Origin: an uncultured Gemmatimonadales bacterium
Lineage (GTDB): Bacteria; Gemmatimonadota; Gemmatimonadetes; Longimicrobiales; RSA9
NCBI GenBank assembly: GCA_963798085.1
Contig: CAWCRS010000005.1
Location: 224,001 to 288,000 of the forward strand
Length of the DNA: 64,000 bases
Direction of reading: 5' to 3'
Made by a program: the position numbers and the translations under genes. Below, piece by piece: positions 1 to 9,987 of the stretch (position 1 is the stretch's first letter; each line of letters begins with the position of its first letter). A model generated the notes under the pieces. That model did not search any database and was not told the origin of the DNA. It saw nothing but the letters and a program-made list of their open reading frames with translations.

Positions 1-3000
1 CTGGTCTCCCGACTGCTCGACGAGGGCGAGCATTTCGTCGATGATGCGCTGCTGGCGCTCGCGCTGTCCGAGGGTTTCGCAGAGTCGTTCCTGACGCAGC
101 AGAATGGCGATCAGCGTCTGGTCGCGGTCCTCCTCGGCGGGCAGGCGGGCCAGCCACACCCGCGCGCGCTCGAGCATGGTGAGTGCCTCATCGAAGCGCG
201 CGAGTCCGCCCGCGCGGTCCGCGGCGCGCATGATGTAGTGGACGGCCTTGCGCGCATCCCCGGAGTTGCTGAAATGATGCGCGAGGCGTTCGAAATGTTC
301 ATCCAGCCGGTCCTGGTACACCTGCTCGATCGCCTCACCCACCCGTCCGTGCAGCTCTCGCCTGCGGTGCTCCAGCATGCCACCGTAGGTGACCTCCTGC
401 GTAAGCACGTGTTTGAAGCGATAGACGGCGTCGGGCAGCACACGGGTCTGCTGTATGAGGCCGGCGCTCTTGAGCACATCCAGAACCTCCGGCAGGTGGC
501 CGGTCGTGGCGCGTGCGTGCTCGAGGACGCGACGCGGGAATTCGCGCCCCACGACCGAAGCGTAGCGCAGGACATCGCGCGCCGCGGGATCCAGTCGATC
601 GAGGCGCACGCGGATGACCGCCTGGACGGTGGCAGGCAGCACCAGTTCGTCGGCATTCCTCTCGAATTCGACAACGCCGCGCTCCACGCGCAGGGCGCCC
701 TGCTCGACGAGCGTCTGGCAGATCTCCTCGAGGAAGAAGGGATTGCCGCCGGTTCGCTCGTGCAGCAGGCGAGCCAGATCCGCGGGAACTTCGGAAACGT
801 GCAGCAAGGCGCACAGCATGGTGTGTGCGGCGCCGGGCTCCAGCGGCCGCAGCAGCAGCTGCTCGTGCTGGATCGATGTGGGCCATGGTTCGGCCGCATC
901 GGGCCGCATCGTGACGACGATGAGCAGCGCATGGTCGGCGACCAGCTCGATCAGCTGGCGCAGTACTTCCGCGGACGCGTCGTCCACCCAGTGCCAGTCT
1001 TCGAGCAGCAGCACAGTCGGGCGGCGGCGCGTCAGTGCGGTGAGCAGGGCAGCCACGGCTTCTTCGGCCGCGTAAACAAACTGTTCGCCACGCAAGTGCT
1101 GCGGCAGCGGCCATGCTTCGTTCGCCAGCGAAAGCAGGTGCAGCAGCAGCGGGATGAAATCCTCGAGCGCCCCATCCAGCTCGCGTATGCGGAGGATGGC
1201 GGCTTCGGCCCTTTCGCCCGGCGCGACATCATCGAGGCGCAGCGCATCGCGCAGCAATTCGACGAAGGGCAGGTACGCGGCGCCGCCGTACGACTGGCAG
1301 CGGCCATGGAGCACGAGCACGTCGCGGGTGGCGAGCGAGGCCCGGAATTCGTGCACCATGCGGCTCTTGCCGACGCCGGCTTCGCCGAGGATGGTGACGA
1401 AGCGGCCGCGGCCGGCGCAGGCGGCATCCAGATCGCGTGCCAGCAGCAGCAGTTCAGTTTCGCGTCCGGCCAGCGGCGTCAGGCCTTTCGCCTGTCCGGC
1501 GACCTCGAGCCGGCTACGCAGTCCGGAATCGCCCAGCACACGCCACGCGACCAGGGGCTGGGCGCGGCCGGCGAGTGCAATCGGCGGACACGCCTCCACA
1601 CGCAGGAAATCGCCTGTCAGTCGTGCGCAATCCGCGCTGATCAGGATATCGCCGGGCGAGGCCAGACCCGACAGCCGATCCGCCGACAGAACGGTATCGC
1701 CGCTGATGCTGAAGGGTGCGGCTGTGTACGATGATGGCTGCGCCATCACGGCGCCTGCGTCAATGCCACTCTGCAGCCGCAGCCGCGGTGCGTCGGCGGC
1801 GGCGTCCGTGCTCATGCCCTCCACGCGATCGTGCAGCGCGAGCACGGCGCGCACCGCGCGGATCGCGTCATCCTCGTGCGCCACGGGCAGGCCGAACACG
1901 AGTGTCAGCAGCTCGTTGGATGTCCGTTCAACGGTGGCATCGTATTCCCGGGCGACGCGCTGTGCAGCCTGATGCACGCGCCGCACCTCCGCATCAGCAC
2001 GCTCGGCGGCCATGCTCTGGACGCAGTCGGCGTATCCGGCAATGCGACACACGGCGACTGCTGCGTGGCGCCATTCGCTCTCGATGACGGCGGCTCGCGG
2101 CAGGCGCCGTGGCGCCGTGCTGCGACGTGCTGACGCCGGGTCCTGCGTCAGCAGCCGCACCAGGGCATCCAGCTCGTTGCCGAATTCGGCGATCGTTTCG
2201 TGGCGTTCGTCGACATCCTGCGCGAGTGCCCGACCCAGCAGCTGCTCCGCCGCCGTGCTCTGCTCGCTGGCGGCGGCCGGGCTCATTCGGGGCACTCGTG
2301 CGAACGCCTCGCGCAGTCGCGTCGCATCGAGGACGCCGGCAACGGGCCGCGTGCCCGTGAGCATTTCGTGGAGCACGATGCCCAGCGACCAGACGTCGGC
2401 GCGGCCATCGATCTCGAGGCCGGCAGCCTGCTCGGGGCTCATGTAGGCGATGGTGCCGGGCCGCGCATCCGCTTGCGTGATCTCGACGCGCGAGAGCTTG
2501 GCAATCCCGAAATCGAGGATCTTCACCACGCCATCCGCGGTGAGCATCAGGTTGGCGGGCTTCACATCGCGATGGATGATGCCTCGCCCGTGCGCGCGGG
2601 CCAGGCCGGTGGCGGTCTGCCGTGCGATGGAGCATGCGGCCCCGGGGGGCAGCGTGCCGCGATCGAGGCGCTGGCGCAGCGTCTCGCCCTCGTAGAAGGG
2701 CATTGCGATAAACAGCTGATTATCAGCCGTCTCGCCGATCTCGTAGATCGTGCACAGGTTGGGGTGGTCGAGTGCTGCGGCCGCCCTGGCCTCGAATGCG
2801 GAAGCGTTCCTTGGCCTGCGGGTCGCTTCCCAGCTGCGGGTGCAGGAATTTGAGCGCGACACTGCGTCCGAGGCGGGTGTCGCGTGCGACATACACGACG
2901 CCCATGCCGCCACCGCCAATGCGCTGCAGCAGCTGGTATTGCGCGATGGTCTGTCCCTCGAGCGGGGCGCTGGCGGGGGGTGGCGCGAAGCGGGCGACGG

Positions 3001-3241
3001 GCGCGTCCAGCACGCCACCGGGTTCGTGCGCACGCAGCAGCGATTCGACTTCAGCACGGAGTTCCGTCTGTCCGGCGCAGGCGTGGTCGAGGAATGGGGT
3101 GCGCTCATCGGGTTTCAGCGCGAGCACGGCGAGCAGCAGTGCACCGGCGCGCTCGAACAGTTCCTGTGCGCTGATGCGGGTCGCGACCTCTGGTGGTGGT
3201 GCGGATCCCGCCTGCGGACTGGCGTGCTGGCCGGTATTCAC
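1..3241 (-). CDS. Ser/Thr protein kinase + degenerate adenylate/guanylate cyclase-like domain + AAA/STAND ATPase, probably followed by helical/TPR repeats; runs off the left edge; 1-nt frameshift at ~2795
   Basis: GTG at 3241 overlaps the sigma stop (GTGA). Kinase motifs IGGGGMGVVY and VALKFL; after removing one base at 2793-2798: EARAAAALDHPNLCTIYE, IIHRDVKPAN, KILDFG, YMSPEQ. Then FGLPVAHEDDAIRAVRA (cyclase-homology signature) and Walker A GEAGVGKS (~1365-1390). Frame is still open at position 1. Confidence 0.88.
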
Positions 3242-3855
3242 AGGCTGGATGCACCCAGGCTCGTGTCGCTGCCCAGCTCGCGGTGCAGCCATGCGCGCGC
3301 GATCGTCCAGTCGCGCTTCACCGTGGCGGGTGATGTGGACAGCGCCTCGGCCGTCTCCTCGACGCTCATGCCGCCGAAGAACCGGCACACCACGACCTGA
3401 CTCTGGCGCTCGTTCAGCGCGGCGAGCCGCTGCAGCGCTTCATCCAGCTGGAGCCATTCGTCGAGCTGCGCATCGGGCGCAAAGAGGATGTCAGCGGCCG
3501 CTTCATCGGAAATGCAATGCTGTCCGCCGCCACGCTTCTGCGCATTGCGCTGCACGGCGTGATCGATCAGGACCCGGCGCATGGCAACAGCCGCGGCGGC
3601 GAAGAAGTGCGCGCGACTGCGCCACTGCATCTGCTCCGTGCCGGCCAGCCGGATGTAGGCCTCGTGCACGAGTGCGGTGGTGTCGAGCGTGTGGCCGACC
3701 TGTTCCGCGCTCATGCGACGGTGCGCAACGCGGTGCAGCTCCTCATACACGAGCGGGACCAGGCGGTCCACCGCGTCGCGCGCGCCGCCGGCCGCTTCCT
3801 CGAGCAGCCGCGTCACTTCGCCCCGCAACGCCTGATCGCTCCCCGCATCCGCCAT
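3238..3855 (-). CDS. ECF RNA polymerase sigma factor (TIGR02999-like, kinase-associated)
   Basis: GEVTRLL, LVPLVYEELHRVA, TLDTTALVHEAYIRL, WRSRAHFFAAAAVAMRRVLID, VVCRFFGGMSVEETAEAL, TVKRDWTIARAWL; translationally coupled to the kinase gene. Confidence 0.93.
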   Translation of the reverse strand: MADAGSDQALRGEVTRLLEEAAGGARDAVDRLVPLVYEELHRVAHRRMSAEQVGHTLDTTALVHEAYIRLAGTEQMQWRSRAHFFAAAAVAMRRVLIDHAVQRNAQKRGGGQHCISDEAAADILFAPDAQLDEWLQLDEALQRLAALNERQSQVVVCRFFGGMSVEETAEALSTSPATVKRDWTIARAWLHRELGSDTSLGASSL

Positions 3856-4064
3856 GCGCAATCCGTCCGGTTGTCGGGAGGTCGTACCGACCCTCTCATC
3901 ACCCGCAAGATAGCAGGAGATGCGGGCAGCAGGACACCGCGGCCGGGTCATTCCGCGGCCGCTTGCCGGTGAGCCCTGACGCCCGGGTCCTGCGCCACTG
4001 CGGGATGAGAGGGCGCCCGCCAACGACGGCGCCGGTGCCCCGACCTTCACCGCGGAGGCAGGCC

Positions 4065-4670
4065 ATGGCGGAAGAATGGGCACTCGAGGGCAACTACACG
4101 GAAGCGTGCACATGTGAGGCGGCGTGTCCGTGCATCATGCTGAGCACGCCCACGGAAGGCTCGTGCACGGCAATCGTGGGCTGGCAGGTGAACCGGGGCC
4201 GCTTTGGCGACGTGCAGCTCGACGGGCTCAACGTCGCCCTCGGTGTGCACACGCCGGGCAACATGAAGGAGAAGGACTGGAAGGTGGCGCTCTACGTCAA
4301 TGAACGGGCGAATCCGCGGCAGCGCGACGCGCTGACGCAGATCTTCGGGGGCGCCGCGGGCGGGCACCCGTCCCGGATCGCCCAGCACATCGCGGAAGTG
4401 GCGGGTGTGCACTTCGTGCCGATCACGTTCGAGACCAATGGCAAGCGGGGCCGCCTTGCGGTGGGCACGGTGGGCAGCTCGACGTGGCAGCCGATCGAGG
4501 GCCAGAACGGAGGCACGGTTACCGTGTCGGGTCAGCCGCTGGCGGTCTCGCCGGGTCACGCGGCGGTGGTCGGGCGCGCGAGTCACGCGCGCTTCCACGA
4601 TCATGGCATCGAGTTCGACGCTGCGGGCCGGCAGGCAATGGTAGCACCCTTCAGCTACGCCGGTCCATGA
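4065..4670 (+). CDS. DUF1326-family protein (Cys-rich N-terminus)
   Basis: RBS GGAGG at ~4054; WALEGNYTEACTCEAACPC...PTEGSC; ALYVNERANPRQRDALTQIFGGAAGG; coupled (ATGA) to a DUF2182-like gene. Confidence 0.85.
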   Translation: MAEEWALEGNYTEACTCEAACPCIMLSTPTEGSCTAIVGWQVNRGRFGDVQLDGLNVALGVHTPGNMKEKDWKVALYVNERANPRQRDALTQIFGGAAGGHPSRIAQHIAEVAGVHFVPITFETNGKRGRLAVGTVGSSTWQPIEGQNGGTVTVSGQPLAVSPGHAAVVGRASHARFHDHGIEFDAAGRQAMVAPFSYAGP

Positions 4671-5428
4671 GCAGTGCGGCAGCTGTGCGCGCGGTCACCG
4701 GCCGCGCGCACCGGCCCGCCCGCTGGTGGTGGGACCGCGGCATCCTGCTGGGCGGCGTGGCGACGGCCACCGTGCTGGCGTGGCTGCATGTGATGCGGTC
4801 GGAAGCGCCCATGCATGCTAACGCCCCGTTCACGGTGCGGCTGGCCATGTGGTCAATCATGATGCTCGGCATGATGCTGCCGGCCGCGTCCCCCATGATC
4901 GTGACGTATGCCGCGGTCAGCAGCCGGTCGGGCGGTCACTATCTGCTGCGAACCGGGGTGTTCGTGCTGGCCTATCTCGACGTCTGGTGTGCAGTGAGCG
5001 CGCTTGGTGCGCTGGCACAGACAGGATTGCGTACTGCGGCGCTGCTCTCGCATCAGGGTGCACTCACGAACCCGCTGCTCGCGGGCGCAGTGCTGATGGG
5101 AGCGGGCGTCTATCAGCTCACGCCGCTCAAGCACGCGTGCCTGCGTCGCTGTCGCACGCCGCTGGGCTTCCTGCTGACGGAGTGGCGCCCGGGCAAGCGC
5201 GGCGCGTTCGTGCTGGGCGCGCGGCATGGCATCGAGTGTGTGCTGTGCTGCTGGGCGGTCATGGCTCTGATGTTCGTCCTGGGCACGATGAACCTGGTGG
5301 GCATGGCTGCGCTGACAGTCCTGATGCTCGCGGAGAAGGTAGCGCCCGGTGGGCATCACATCGGACGGGCCGCCGCTGTGCTTTTCCTGACCTGGGGCGG
5401 CTGGCTGGTCCTCGGCGGGGGAGTCTGA
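4667..5428 (+). CDS. DUF2182-family putative metal-binding integral membrane protein
   Basis: MWSIMMLGMMLPAASP, GVYQLTPLKHACLRRCRTP, HGIECVLCCWAVMALMFVLGTMN, LMLAEK; multiple hydrophobic segments. Confidence 0.88.
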   Translation: MSSAAAVRAVTGRAHRPARWWWDRGILLGGVATATVLAWLHVMRSEAPMHANAPFTVRLAMWSIMMLGMMLPAASPMIVTYAAVSSRSGGHYLLRTGVFVLAYLDVWCAVSALGALAQTGLRTAALLSHQGALTNPLLAGAVLMGAGVYQLTPLKHACLRRCRTPLGFLLTEWRPGKRGAFVLGARHGIECVLCCWAVMALMFVLGTMNLVGMAALTVLMLAEKVAPGGHHIGRAAAVLFLTWGGWLVLGGGV

Positions 5429-5440
5429 GGGTCGCGGTCC

Positions 5441-5915
5441 CCAGCCGGCCACGCCCGGTTCGTCCGGGTCGAGCGGCTCCTGTGCCGGGCGCAGCTCGGC
5501 GGGCCCGTGCTGCAGGTTCAGGCGGATGCGCCTTTCGCGGGTATCGTGCGGCCGATCTCGATAAGCGGGTGTTTGGAAACACGTCGTCTGGAGGGCTGCA
5601 CCCGCGGCGGCTCGCCGCTCTGTTTGTGGTAGTATGGCGGCCAAGGGGCGCGTCGCCCAGGCCTTCGCACTCGGTGCGATGCCGAGCCGTGCCTGCAGGT
5701 CCAAGTGGCATTCTGCCTCGTGCTTCACGCCGCGCGCGTCGATTACGCAGTGCCACTGCAAGCGTGGAGGCCACGCGACCACCGTTGCGCGCCCGGCATG
5801 TTGCCCACCTCGTTCGCGACCGTCATGTTGCTACGGTTGGATGACCGGTTGCTCACGACGTCGTCTGCGCCGCTCGACCGAAGGCTCGGAGGCAAACAAT
5901 GCGAGCTCTCGTCGG
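5441..5915. repeat. Degenerate mosaic duplicate of 7274-11178 (remnants of the ligD 3' end, GT9 and the intergenic DNA)
   Basis: By-eye alignment: 5441-5531 ~ 7274-7364 (3 mismatches); 5544-5673 ~ 7489-7616; 5679-5766 ~ 10580-10669; 5770-5915 ~ 11034-11178. All same orientation and collinear. Confidence 0.9.
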
Positions 5916-7029
5916 AATCTGGAACACGAACGTCAGCCAGTACTGGGGCACGCTGGAATGGTCCTTGACCGCGCTGCGCTCTGCACTGGTGCGCATGAAT
6001 ACGGCCATGAACAGCGCGAAGATCCCGCCCGGCAGTCTGATCAAGAGCATCTTCGTCGCACCGGAATACCTGGTGGCGAAGCCCGAGATCGAAGCGTGGG
6101 GCTGGCACCGCGCCGTGAGCGAGGTCGAGAAGGACAGAGCGGTACTCGAGTTTCAGAAGCTGAGCCGCCTGTACCCGCGGATGCTGATCGTGCCGGGCAG
6201 CATCGCCTGGTACCGGGATCTGGACGCCGCACAGGCGAGACGCGACCTGAACTATTACCAGTATGTCAATGTCAACCCCTGGCACAAGCAGGTGGCCCTG
6301 CAGAAGACCGCTGACCTTCCCAACCGGTCACGCATGATGCGCAACACGACCTGGGCGCTGCTCAACGGCCAGGTGCGATTCCTCTACAACAAGCAGGGCG
6401 ACTTCAACGAGGTCGTGGGAACCAACAAGAACACGATTTTCATTCCGGGCGGTCGCCGCGGCGTGTGCGATATCGAGAATCTGCGCATCGGCTTCGAGAT
6501 CTGCCTGGATCACAACCTCGGCATGCTGGCCAGCGAGCTGCGCCCCGACAAGGACCCTCCGCACATCCACATCGTGTGTTCCGCCTGGGTGAAGAACAAC
6601 TCCGCCAACATGGCGGTCCGTCACGGCGGCTACTACGTGCACGCCTCCACCGCGGCCACTCAGGGCGGTGTGTGGAAGTGGGATGGCCTGGCAAGAACCT
6701 GGACGCAGGCCTCCGCGACGGGCGGCGGCGATATGTGGTTCTTCGAGATCGACGTACACACCGAGGATGATGACGATTTGTTCGCCACTGTCGTGGGTCA
6801 CGCCGAGTGGATGACCGGCACGTGGCGCGACTGGCACTTCCGGTCTTCGCAGCTGAGAGCCCTCGATGCCGCGCTCAAGTCGTACGAGGACAGCGAATAC
6901 ATGGATCTGGCGAAGCTGGGCGCACTGCGCACCGCGTTCGAGGCCTGGTACGCCGACAACCCGAAGGAGGCCACGAAGCGCAACAAGAACGACGTCGTGC
7001 AGCGGCTGAAGAAACAGCTCAGTCTATGA
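5899..7029 (+). CDS. Carbon-nitrogen hydrolase (nitrilase)-fold protein with an extra C-terminal helical domain
   Basis: RBS GGAGG at ~5888. Putative E-K-C triad: IFVAPEY, FLYNKQGDF, IGFEICLDH. Acidic linker EDDDD, then a ~80 aa helical tail. Confidence 0.7.
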   Translation: MRALVGIWNTNVSQYWGTLEWSLTALRSALVRMNTAMNSAKIPPGSLIKSIFVAPEYLVAKPEIEAWGWHRAVSEVEKDRAVLEFQKLSRLYPRMLIVPGSIAWYRDLDAAQARRDLNYYQYVNVNPWHKQVALQKTADLPNRSRMMRNTTWALLNGQVRFLYNKQGDFNEVVGTNKNTIFIPGGRRGVCDIENLRIGFEICLDHNLGMLASELRPDKDPPHIHIVCSAWVKNNSANMAVRHGGYYVHASTAATQGGVWKWDGLARTWTQASATGGGDMWFFEIDVHTEDDDDLFATVVGHAEWMTGTWRDWHFRSSQLRALDAALKSYEDSEYMDLAKLGALRTAFEAWYADNPKEATKRNKNDVVQRLKKQLSL

Positions 7030-7045
7030 CTGCGGCCGGCAGCGC

Positions 7046-7124
7046 TCGGCGCCAGCGCGCCGCGGATGCCCTCGGTGTGTGCTCGATGCAAACTGCGGCA
7101 GCGGGCAGGCTCCAGCGTCTGCGG
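7046..7124. repeat. Degenerate duplicate of 11175-11263 (3' end of the beta-propeller gene)
   Basis: gcggatgccctcggtgtgtgctcgatg...cggcagcgg...gctccagcgtctgc versus gcggatgccctcagcgtgtgctcgatg...cggcagcgg...gctccagtgtctgc. Confidence 0.85.
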
Positions 7125-7270
7125 GAGCTCCCGCAGCGGATCGCCCTGATCGACGCGGACCCCAAGGTAAACTCTTGCGTTGCACGCAGGCGACATCAGA
7201 GCAGGCAAGAACTGTTTGTGCACGATCGAGTACTTCGACACCATCCGCCGTCACGGCATGTGCAGGTTGC

Positions 7271-8557
7271 TTACCAGCCGGCCACGCCCGGTTCGTCCGG
7301 GTCGAGCGGCTCCTGCGCCGGGCGCAGCTCGGCGGGCACGTGCTGCAGGTTCACGCGGATGCGCGTCCACGTGGACGAGCGCCCGCGCATGGAATCGACC
7401 AGCACGTCCGCTGGCTGGAGCAGCGCCGCGGCTTGCGGATGGCGGCTCTTCCAGCGCTCCAGGCCCGCGAGTGCATCTTCCTTGCGTTTCGCGCGGCCGA
7501 TCTCGATAAGCGGGTGTTTGGAAACACGTCGTTTGGAGGGCTGCACCCGCGGCGGCTCGCCGCTCTGCTTGCGGTAGTGGGGCGGCCAGGGTGCGTCGCC
7601 CAGACCTTCGCGCTCGTGGCGCGCGGACAGCTCGAGCAGCGGCTCGATCGATCCGGAATGTTCCTCGATGGCTGCGTGCCGGTCGCCGATCTGCGCGAAG
7701 CGCGCGGGCATGGTTGCCAGGGTGAAGTCCGAGGGCTCGCAGGCGGGCACCTCATCCCAGGCGAGGGGAGCAGACACGCGGGCTTCGGGTGTGGGCCGCA
7801 CCGAGTACGCGGACGCCACCGTGCGGTCCTTCGCGTTCTGATTGTAGTCGACGAATACGCCGTGACGTTCTTCCTTCCACCACTTGCTGGTGGCGAGGCC
7901 GGGCGCGCGTCGTTCCACTTCGCGCGCGAAGGCGAGGGCGGCGCGGCGCACTTCATCGAAGGTCCAGCGGCGCGCGATGCGCACGACCACGTGCATGCCG
8001 CGGGAGCCGGAGGTCTTGGGCCACCCGACGAGAGCGTGATCGAGAAGCGTCGCCTGCACCACACCGGCCACCTCACGCACCTGGGACCAGGGCACGCCGG
8101 GCACGGGATCCAGGTCGATGCGCAGCTCATCGGGATGATCGAGGTCATCGGTGCGCACAGGGTGCGGGTGCAACTCGAGGCAGGCCAGGTTGGCGAGCCA
8201 GACGAGAGCCGCGGCGTCGCGCGGTACTACCTCGTCCGCGCTGCGTCCTGATGGGAAGCGCAGCGTCACGACTTCGATCCAGGGCGGTCGCGAGGCAGGC
8301 GCGCGCTTCTGGTAGAAGAACTCGCCGGTGATGCCGTTGGGGTAGCGCACCAGCACGTTGGGCCGCGCGCCCGCCCCGCGCAGTGCGCCTTCACTAACAG
8401 CGAGATAGTAGTGCGCCAGGTCGCGCTTGGTGTAGCCGGGTCCGGGAAAGAGCACCTTGCCGGGATTCGACAGCTGTACCTGGCGGCCCGCGACGGGGAT
8501 GGTTTCGTGGCTGTCCCGGCTGCGTCGCGGCGCTGCGCCGCCTGCCTCTGCCATCAT
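7271..8557 (-). CDS. ligD: Stand-alone LigD polymerase (PrimPol) domain protein, NHEJ family
   Basis: LSNPGKVLFP, YTKRDLAHYY, RYPNGITGEFFYQKRAP, PDELRIDLDP, PKTSGSRGMHV, VFVDYNQNAKDRTVASAYSVR. No ligase domain. Confidence 0.92.
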   Translation of the reverse strand: MMAEAGGAAPRRSRDSHETIPVAGRQVQLSNPGKVLFPGPGYTKRDLAHYYLAVSEGALRGAGARPNVLVRYPNGITGEFFYQKRAPASRPPWIEVVTLRFPSGRSADEVVPRDAAALVWLANLACLELHPHPVRTDDLDHPDELRIDLDPVPGVPWSQVREVAGVVQATLLDHALVGWPKTSGSRGMHVVVRIARRWTFDEVRRAALAFAREVERRAPGLATSKWWKEERHGVFVDYNQNAKDRTVASAYSVRPTPEARVSAPLAWDEVPACEPSDFTLATMPARFAQIGDRHAAIEEHSGSIEPLLELSARHEREGLGDAPWPPHYRKQSGEPPRVQPSKRRVSKHPLIEIGRAKRKEDALAGLERWKSRHPQAAALLQPADVLVDSMRGRSSTWTRIRVNLQHVPAELRPAQEPLDPDEPGVAGW

Positions 8558-8867
8558 GTCCGACTGATCCCGAAAAAGGAAACGCGACCTCGTCGCTGCC
8601 CAACGCGGAGCACGGGGCGCAAATGGAGTATGGAGAACCGTGGCAGGGGATGGAATGTCCCACCCCACCACAGCAGGCTCGCAAGGGGAAGGCGGCGCAC
8701 GCCCGCTGGCCTTCGGCAAACACTGTGGCCTGCAACGCGTTCGCCGGTTCGTGGGTCGCCGGTGGCGGCGGCCGCGAGGTCGCGCGATCGTGGCCCGCGA
8801 GGTGCCTGCCTGAGAGGAGCAGGGCGGCGTGATGTCGTCCTCGATTGCCAGGGGGAGGAGGCAAGCA

Positions 8868-9920
8868 ATGCGAACGAGCCTGTCGCTGGTCGCGGTCACG
8901 TGCGCGATCTGGTGCTGGGGCTGCAGCGCGGCACAACCGCGCGTTGCGGTCAGCACAGCGCCGGATCTGGAGGAGGCAAGGGCATTCCAGCCGCTGCCGG
9001 CGGCCATCGGATCCGAAAGCAATGCGATCACGCCAGCGAAAGTGGCGTTGGGCCGCATGCTCTATTTCGACACGCGTTTCTCCGCGGACGGAACGGTATC
9101 CTGCTACGTCTGTCATCCGCTGCACGACTATGGCACGAGCCACCGGGCCACGGGGGTGGGTCACGACCATCTGCCGGGCGGCCGCAACGAGCCGACCGTG
9201 TACAACGCGGCCGGCCATGTGGCGCAGTTCTGGGATGGACGCGCGCCCGACGTCGAGGCGCAGGCACTCGGCCCGGTGCTGAATCCAGTGGAAATGGGCA
9301 TGGCGGATGGCACGATGGTGGTGCGTACGATCCGCACGATACCCGGGTACGTCGAGGCGTTCGCGCAGGCGTTCCCCGACGCAGCCGATCCCGTCACATT
9401 CGAGAATTTCGGCCGCGCGATCGCTGCATTCGAGCGCGGGCTGGTCACGCCGGCGCGCTGGGACGCATACCTGCAGGGTGATGCGAACGCGATCACGCCC
9501 GCGGAGAAGGAGGGGCTGCGCACCTTCGTCGCCGAAGGATGCGCGCAATGCCATGCCGGCGCCTATGTGGGCGGCGGCATGTACCAGAAGGCGGGGCTGG
9601 TCCAGGCCTGGCCGGAGCAGAAGGATCAGGGGCGCTACGCGGTCACCAAACAGGCAGCCGACCGCCATGTCTTCAAGGTCCCGTCACTGCGCAACATCGA
9701 AGAGACGTGGCCATACTTCCACGATGGCTCGGTGCAACGTCTGGATGATGCCATCGTGCTGATGGGTCGCCATCAGCTGGGGCACGAGCTGACGCCGGCG
9801 CAGGTCGCGTCGATCCGGGCCTTCCTGCTGACGCTCACCGGGCCGGTGCCGCAATCCTATATCGAGGAACCGGTCCTGCCACCCACGGGAACGACGCGGC
9901 CGGCCGTAATGGCGCGTTAG
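8868..9920 (+). CDS. Di-haem cytochrome c peroxidase (CCP/MauG family), exported or lipoprotein
   Basis: RBS GGAGGAGG; two haem motifs CYVCH and CAQCH; LGRMLYFDTRFS, QFWDGRA, NPVEMG, FKVPSLRNI, PYFHDGS. Confidence 0.93.
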   Translation: MRTSLSLVAVTCAIWCWGCSAAQPRVAVSTAPDLEEARAFQPLPAAIGSESNAITPAKVALGRMLYFDTRFSADGTVSCYVCHPLHDYGTSHRATGVGHDHLPGGRNEPTVYNAAGHVAQFWDGRAPDVEAQALGPVLNPVEMGMADGTMVVRTIRTIPGYVEAFAQAFPDAADPVTFENFGRAIAAFERGLVTPARWDAYLQGDANAITPAEKEGLRTFVAEGCAQCHAGAYVGGGMYQKAGLVQAWPEQKDQGRYAVTKQAADRHVFKVPSLRNIEETWPYFHDGSVQRLDDAIVLMGRHQLGHELTPAQVASIRAFLLTLTGPVPQSYIEEPVLPPTGTTRPAVMAR

Positions 9921-9987
9921 GCCGCAGCGGCAGCGTATCGTGGGGCGGCAGGTGGCAGCCGCCCCATCGCGTCGCGGCCAGCCGGCA

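Noticed and set aside
238..1734. 498-aa plus-strand ORF (likewise 9940-11838, 46889-48886, 61617-63908 and similar long ORFs)
   Set aside because: Antisense shadows of well-supported genes in GC-rich DNA; no recognisable motifs.
5441..7616. Diversity-generating retroelement TR/VR pair or att-site duplication
   Set aside because: Mismatches are not adenine-specific, there is no reverse transcriptase or integrase, and the homology extends collinearly over several genes, which fits tandem duplication.
7271..8557. Complete NHEJ system
   Set aside because: Only the polymerase domain is present; no Ku or ligase in the window.
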